Below are positions 29,360 to 33,310 of a stretch of 33,310 nucleotides of DNA, one piece after another. Under the pieces are notes generated by a model. It searched no databases. It had not been told where the DNA came from and saw nothing but the letters and a program-made list of their open reading frames with translations. The position numbers and the translations under genes were made by a program. The DNA is from Fibrobacterales bacterium (GTDB lineage Bacteria > Fibrobacterota > Fibrobacteria > Fibrobacterales > JAOPTW01), in NCBI GenBank assembly GCA_051532035.1, contig JAOPTW010000024.1, forward strand, positions 1 through 33,310, given 5' to 3'. How positions within the stretch are numbered: position 1 is the first letter of the stretch; every line of letters starts with the position of its first letter.

Positions 29360-29404
29360 GCAGTTGTCTTTGTATAGGTCTATGTGAAAAAAACTCACCC
29401 ATCA

Positions 29405-30460
29405 CTACCAAGCAAACATCTTCTCTCTATCATACTTAACATCTGCGGGTGAATCTATAATATTATAAATATCTTTGATAGTTATATTTCCCACAAAAGA
29501 CACTTGACCGAAAAACGAATCTCGCAGTGAAGTATGCTGAAGATTATAAAACGCATCTACTTCAACCCCCAAATACCTAGTTAACTGCCAATAAACACCA
29601 CCTCCAAGGCTATTAATAACTCCATTTGTAGGCAGATCTTCATATTGATAACTAATTGAATAATACGGCTTATATAGCGTAAATTTTGATTCAAAAATAT
29701 TATTTACAAATCCTCTTATTATGAATCGTTCTATAATATGTAGCAAGCTTATTTCAAAATACACTTTGGGAATATAATCAGGCAAAAAGTAGTTTGGAAC
29801 TACAATTCTATAATCACCAACCCCTTTATAAATCCTAGATGAATACAATATGTCCCTATACCCATAATCATTCATCATTCTTTTTGTAACCCTTCTTTTA
29901 GATACTTTCAGAGAAGTTGAAACAATTGTTTTATTTTTCATATCTATAATCAAGCTATCATTGAGTTGCCGAGGTTTTAGCATTGAATCATATGTTCGGG
30001 TACCGTGAGGAATATAAATATCCCCCCCTGATACCACCGAGGCTACTAAAGCTAAAGATATGATAGCTATATCTATTTTTTGTTTTCTTTGACTCAGCTT
30101 TTTTATACTATCACTCACCGTATTAAATATTACTGGATCAAGAGCAACAGTTGTCTTTGTATAGATTCTTAATGTATCGGCAAGATTGCGGAGTTCTCTA
30201 GGAATAAATATTTCATCATTATACATATATGACACTACTGATGTATTCATAAAGTCAACGACACTTTCCGCGTCAAATATTTCTATACCAGTTGTATCAA
30301 TTTTTGAATCAATATATATTGCTTTTTCATTTGTAATATATTTAGGTTGAGCATAAGGTGATTCAAGTTTTAAAACCTCATAGTTAACAGATATTGACTT
30401 AGGGAATACCAAATAACTAACCAACAAAATAAGAGCAATTATGTTTTTCATTTTAATCAT
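29405..30460 (-). CDS. Cassette gene: hypothetical secreted/membrane protein
   Basis: Signal peptide, internal hydrophobic segment, beta-strand-like C-terminus; lies between two attC sites. Confidence 0.8.
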   Translation of the reverse strand: MIKMKNIIALILLVSYLVFPKSISVNYEVLKLESPYAQPKYITNEKAIYIDSKIDTTGIEIFDAESVVDFMNTSVVSYMYNDEIFIPRELRNLADTLRIYTKTTVALDPVIFNTVSDSIKKLSQRKQKIDIAIISLALVASVVSGGDIYIPHGTRTYDSMLKPRQLNDSLIIDMKNKTIVSTSLKVSKRRVTKRMMNDYGYRDILYSSRIYKGVGDYRIVVPNYFLPDYIPKVYFEISLLHIIERFIIRGFVNNIFESKFTLYKPYYSISYQYEDLPTNGVINSLGGGVYWQLTRYLGVEVDAFYNLQHTSLRDSFFGQVSFVGNITIKDIYNIIDSPADVKYDREKMFAW

Positions 30461-30506
30461 TTATTAAAGAGTTCATAAAATATAACTACTGCTGACTGGT
30501 AATTGC

Positions 30507-30573
30507 TTTTAACGTAGCAAAGCTTGCAGTAATTCCCCCTTAAAAGGAATTATTGCATGCTAGCGTATTGAGC
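30507..30573 (-). mobile_element. attC-like site (family B) with mutated R'' box
   Basis: Near-identical to 29292-29359, but ATTGAGC replaces GTT on the + strand. Confidence 0.8.
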
Positions 30574-30686
30574 CCAGTAGGTGACAACAGATACTGTCTC
30601 ACCTAAATTTTTTATTTAAATCGGTTTTCACACGCAATTAGGATGATGGGGAGTGACAATTATGTTCTCCCCCATATACCCAGTGA

Positions 30687-32585
30687 TTAATACACGGGAT
30701 CCAGCTTAACAGAGCAGATACTCATCCAACCATTCTTTGTAATGAGCTTAACCATTTTGTTACCATCATCTGTCACCTGTATAGTACCATACGCATTAGT
30801 AAATGCTTCAGTACTACCCGTAGGTTTCATATTTGTCCAAGTATACTTCGGCCACTTGCCAAATTTTAATTGAAACTTTCTATCGCTAGGCGCTCCACTT
30901 GCCCAATGTACTGTTACAGTATAGGTACCTGCAGGAATATAGGTATTGGCCCATTGAGCCCGATATCCTGCCGATGCATTCGTCGTTTGTTTTGTACTGA
31001 ATACGGGACAACTTCCTGTTGCATTTTTAGTCCCCATTCCATACAACGCAGCGTTATCAATTTTTAACAATGCCGTAGTAAAAGCATCAACAGTCTGAGA
31101 CAAAGGAGAATATTTCTTGCTCGCATCCTTTGCACGTATCGAAAATGTATACTCGGTACCTCTCTGTAATTTTTTTACGACAGCATGTGTCTGAGTTCCA
31201 GGGAGCGAATAAGCATACGCACCATTTTTATACACAAGGTACTGTGTCACACCAATATCATCACTTGCTGCATCCCAGCTCAAATACACCTTACCCTGAG
31301 TGGTGTTAGTTACACGCAAGTTTTTGGGTGCAGTAGGTGGGTAAATATCACAGGGATTGCACGGCTGATCTGCATCCTTTTTAGTTGCAAGCTGGTTTCT
31401 GATATAATATCCTTGGAATCCATAGTTCCCATTCATTTCATAGGCAAGTGTACTCAGACTATTATCATGCCACATAGTTGATTGAAAGGCATTATCAAAT
31501 GCCCATGCTGTCCAGCTCACTTTGCGCTTAGGATCATCCATCCAATTGAGCAATCCACTTCGATAGGTGATCACATTAGCGAGACCACCGTTACTACAGT
31601 TATTGAGTGGACACCCAACAGGAGTAGCCATGGTTTTACTGGTAAAGGATTGATACCCCCATTCAGTCATAAAAAGCGGATAGGTATCATCAGCCGAACC
31701 AGTATAGTTTTCTGGGTTAGATGAGTGCCCCGGATACAGGTGGAGTGTATACATAATAGGGTCATAGAGATTATAATCATTTCCCCCATTTATTTCCTTC
31801 ACCTTCTGACTCCACGAAGGAGTCCCTACGATAAGAACCGTTTCTGTAATATCGAGTGTAATTCTCATATGATATAACAGATCCGTCATGACATCATTTT
31901 TAAACCGTGTCCACGACATATCACCACAGCACTGTGCATCAGCATTATTACTGATAGGTTCATTAACTAACTCAAACAAAATATTAGGATTGTCTTTATA
32001 GAGTGGCCCGTATCGCTCCCAAAATGCGAGAGCCACTTCTTTCATTGCCCCAGGCACAGCAATGCCTCCAACCTGAGGGTCTTTCCAGTTGTGCACAAAA
32101 TGGAGATCAAGAATACAATAGACATCCAACTCGGTACACTCTTGGATTGCATCATCGATAACCCCATCCCATGCAACAGGTGAATCACTCCATTTGGGGA
32201 TGGCTTCCCAACCACCTCCTGTAGAGTTATGGTCATTATCAGGATGGACCGGTAGACGCACTACCTTTGCATGAAACCCTTTGGTGTCACCATCCACTGC
32301 AAGTCTAATCGCAGCCCGTATATCATCCCCTACAATGGCAGAATTGAGATCATCATAGTGCGTAGCGGGTGTACGGTTTACATCTGTATAATAGATATCA
32401 GCCATAGAAACCCCTCTCAGCTGTACAACATTGCCTTCAGGGTCACACATCTTATTGCCACACCGTTGCAGTCGCGGTTTGGCTACGACACTACATACCG
32501 CTATTACCACTATGAGTATTAATTGTTTATTTAGACTATTCATTATATCAGATTCCTTAATTAAGTGCTGCGCGATATCAATCAC
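30687..32585 (-). CDS. Secreted GH5 glycoside hydrolase with FN3 and C-terminal CBM6/35-like domain
   Basis: QLRGVS, VVRLPV, ILDLH, FELVNEP, HLYP, FMTEWG, WTAW; PPTAPKNL..WDAASDDIGV..Y (FN3); probable start ATG 32543 after AAGGAA. Confidence 0.9.
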   Translation of the reverse strand: MIDIAQHLIKESDIMNSLNKQLILIVVIAVCSVVAKPRLQRCGNKMCDPEGNVVQLRGVSMADIYYTDVNRTPATHYDDLNSAIVGDDIRAAIRLAVDGDTKGFHAKVVRLPVHPDNDHNSTGGGWEAIPKWSDSPVAWDGVIDDAIQECTELDVYCILDLHFVHNWKDPQVGGIAVPGAMKEVALAFWERYGPLYKDNPNILFELVNEPISNNADAQCCGDMSWTRFKNDVMTDLLYHMRITLDITETVLIVGTPSWSQKVKEINGGNDYNLYDPIMYTLHLYPGHSSNPENYTGSADDTYPLFMTEWGYQSFTSKTMATPVGCPLNNCSNGGLANVITYRSGLLNWMDDPKRKVSWTAWAFDNAFQSTMWHDNSLSTLAYEMNGNYGFQGYYIRNQLATKKDADQPCNPCDIYPPTAPKNLRVTNTTQGKVYLSWDAASDDIGVTQYLVYKNGAYAYSLPGTQTHAVVKKLQRGTEYTFSIRAKDASKKYSPLSQTVDAFTTALLKIDNAALYGMGTKNATGSCPVFSTKQTTNASAGYRAQWANTYIPAGTYTVTVHWASGAPSDRKFQLKFGKWPKYTWTNMKPTGSTEAFTNAYGTIQVTDDGNKMVKLITKNGWMSICSVKLDPVY

Positions 32586-32921
32586 TTATTGTTACACCCC
32601 AGTACAATTTTCCTAGAAATAGTATCCGGCAGCACATCCTGCCACTGCTCATGGTGCAGCAGTACATTAGTTATTCGGTCTCTGTGCCCCTGACACCATT
32701 CAGGCTTACTATACATTCTTCAGGAGAGTATATCCATTACTTTGAATACTGTGAATATCCTTTTACACTTGTGAACACTTTGAGTACATCATTCAAGTCT
32801 CAAAACGGGCATATCCTTTTGGGTACCAATGTGCGTGGGATGTAGGCAGGGGGCGTCATGTATATATGTAATCAACATATACTATTTCAAAAGATTATTT
32901 TTGTTGTAGCTTTTTGGGGTA

Positions 32922-33023
32922 CAATACATCACTCACATTAACAATAGTCTCATCGTTCGTCCGGTTAGCAGTCTCCGTATAATTAGACGACCCAAAGATG
33001 GTGACCGCATCATCAAGCACCAT
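32922..33023 (-). pseudogene. PLD gene fragment
   Basis: ACAATAGTCTCATCGTTCGTCCGGTTAGCAG..GTATAATT..GACCCAAAGATGGTGACCGCATCATCAAGCACCAT aligns to about 11738-11840. Confidence 0.85.
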
Positions 33024-33042
33024 GGTGAATTTTGATACTCAA

Positions 33043-33310
33043 CTAAACGTTAGAGCATGACATCAAAAATGTTTTCAGGTTTTTTGAAGAGTGTTGCAAT
33101 CCCAGTTTTTTACGAATATTTTTCCGAGATGATTCTACAGCTCCATAGCTCGTATTCATTTTTAAAGCGATTTCTTTTGAGCTAAACCCGAGCTGTATTG
33201 ACCGTACAACACTTAACTCATTAGTGGTGAGCGCCAAGAAGGCATCCTCCATATTTGGCTGCTCTACCCCGCTGAGCGTTGTCGCTAATGATTCTATGTT
33301 CTCAATAATA
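33043..33310 (-). CDS. C-terminus of a LuxR-type HTH transcriptional regulator (runs off the window)
   Basis: LTTNELSV...GFSSKEIA..M..S..AVESSRKNIRKKLGL; frame is open to the window edge. Confidence 0.85.
   Translation of the reverse strand, partial: IIENIESLATTLSGVEQPNMEDAFLALTTNELSVVRSIQLGFSSKEIALKMNTSYGAVESSRKNIRKKLGLQHSSKNLKTFLMSCSNV

Noticed and set aside
3170..30573. Intergenic hairpins as simple terminators or REP elements
   Set aside because: They lack U-tails, carry AAC/GTT boxes at fixed spacing, and their flanks match the opposite end of the gene unit.
1317..32845. Numerous 60-125 aa ORFs antisense to or in alternate frames of long genes (e.g. 1317, 4547, 11033, 14478, 22331, 31185)
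   Set aside because: Shadow ORFs overlapping well-supported CDSs.
32600..32850. Riboswitch upstream of GH5
   Set aside because: Small hairpins are present, but I could not match any known riboswitch consensus.
32870..32909. Short AAC...GTT pair (also 8955-8989) as attC
   Set aside because: Too short (35-40 bp) and no internal hairpin; likely chance.
1..33310. Integron integrase or transposase gene
   Set aside because: No ORF shows the tyrosine recombinase R-H-x-x-R-H-Y or DDE motifs.

Overview
AT-rich bacterial window, probably FCB-group and Fibrobacterota-like (inferred from the GH5 cellulases, Ser-rich linkers, Cys-rich lipoproteins and TATATTTG promoter motifs). Backbone-type genes (two GH5 glycoside hydrolases, an M6 peptidase with 3 CBM4/9 modules, an OMPLA-like + PLD operon, a LuxR-HTH C-terminus) are interleaved with an integron-type cassette system on the minus strand, with no integrase in the window. 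I find 8 attC-type hairpins (one a near-canonical 59-bp element) and 5 copies of an attI-like site. Each attI-like site is preceded by the PLD gene or a duplicated piece of its 3' end. Four copies of a ~280-bp repeat have homology that stops exactly at a GTT crossover triplet. Cassette ends pair as inverted repeats extending well beyond the 7-bp R boxes. Genes at 2.2-11.3 kb encode six nuclease-fold proteins (PD-(D/E)XK, PIN, HEPN, HNH-like, DUF4365-like, HsdR_N-like), which are candidate anti-phage genes. Cassettes at 16.5-30.5 kb encode lipoproteins or secreted proteins. All calls were made by eye; no database searches were run.
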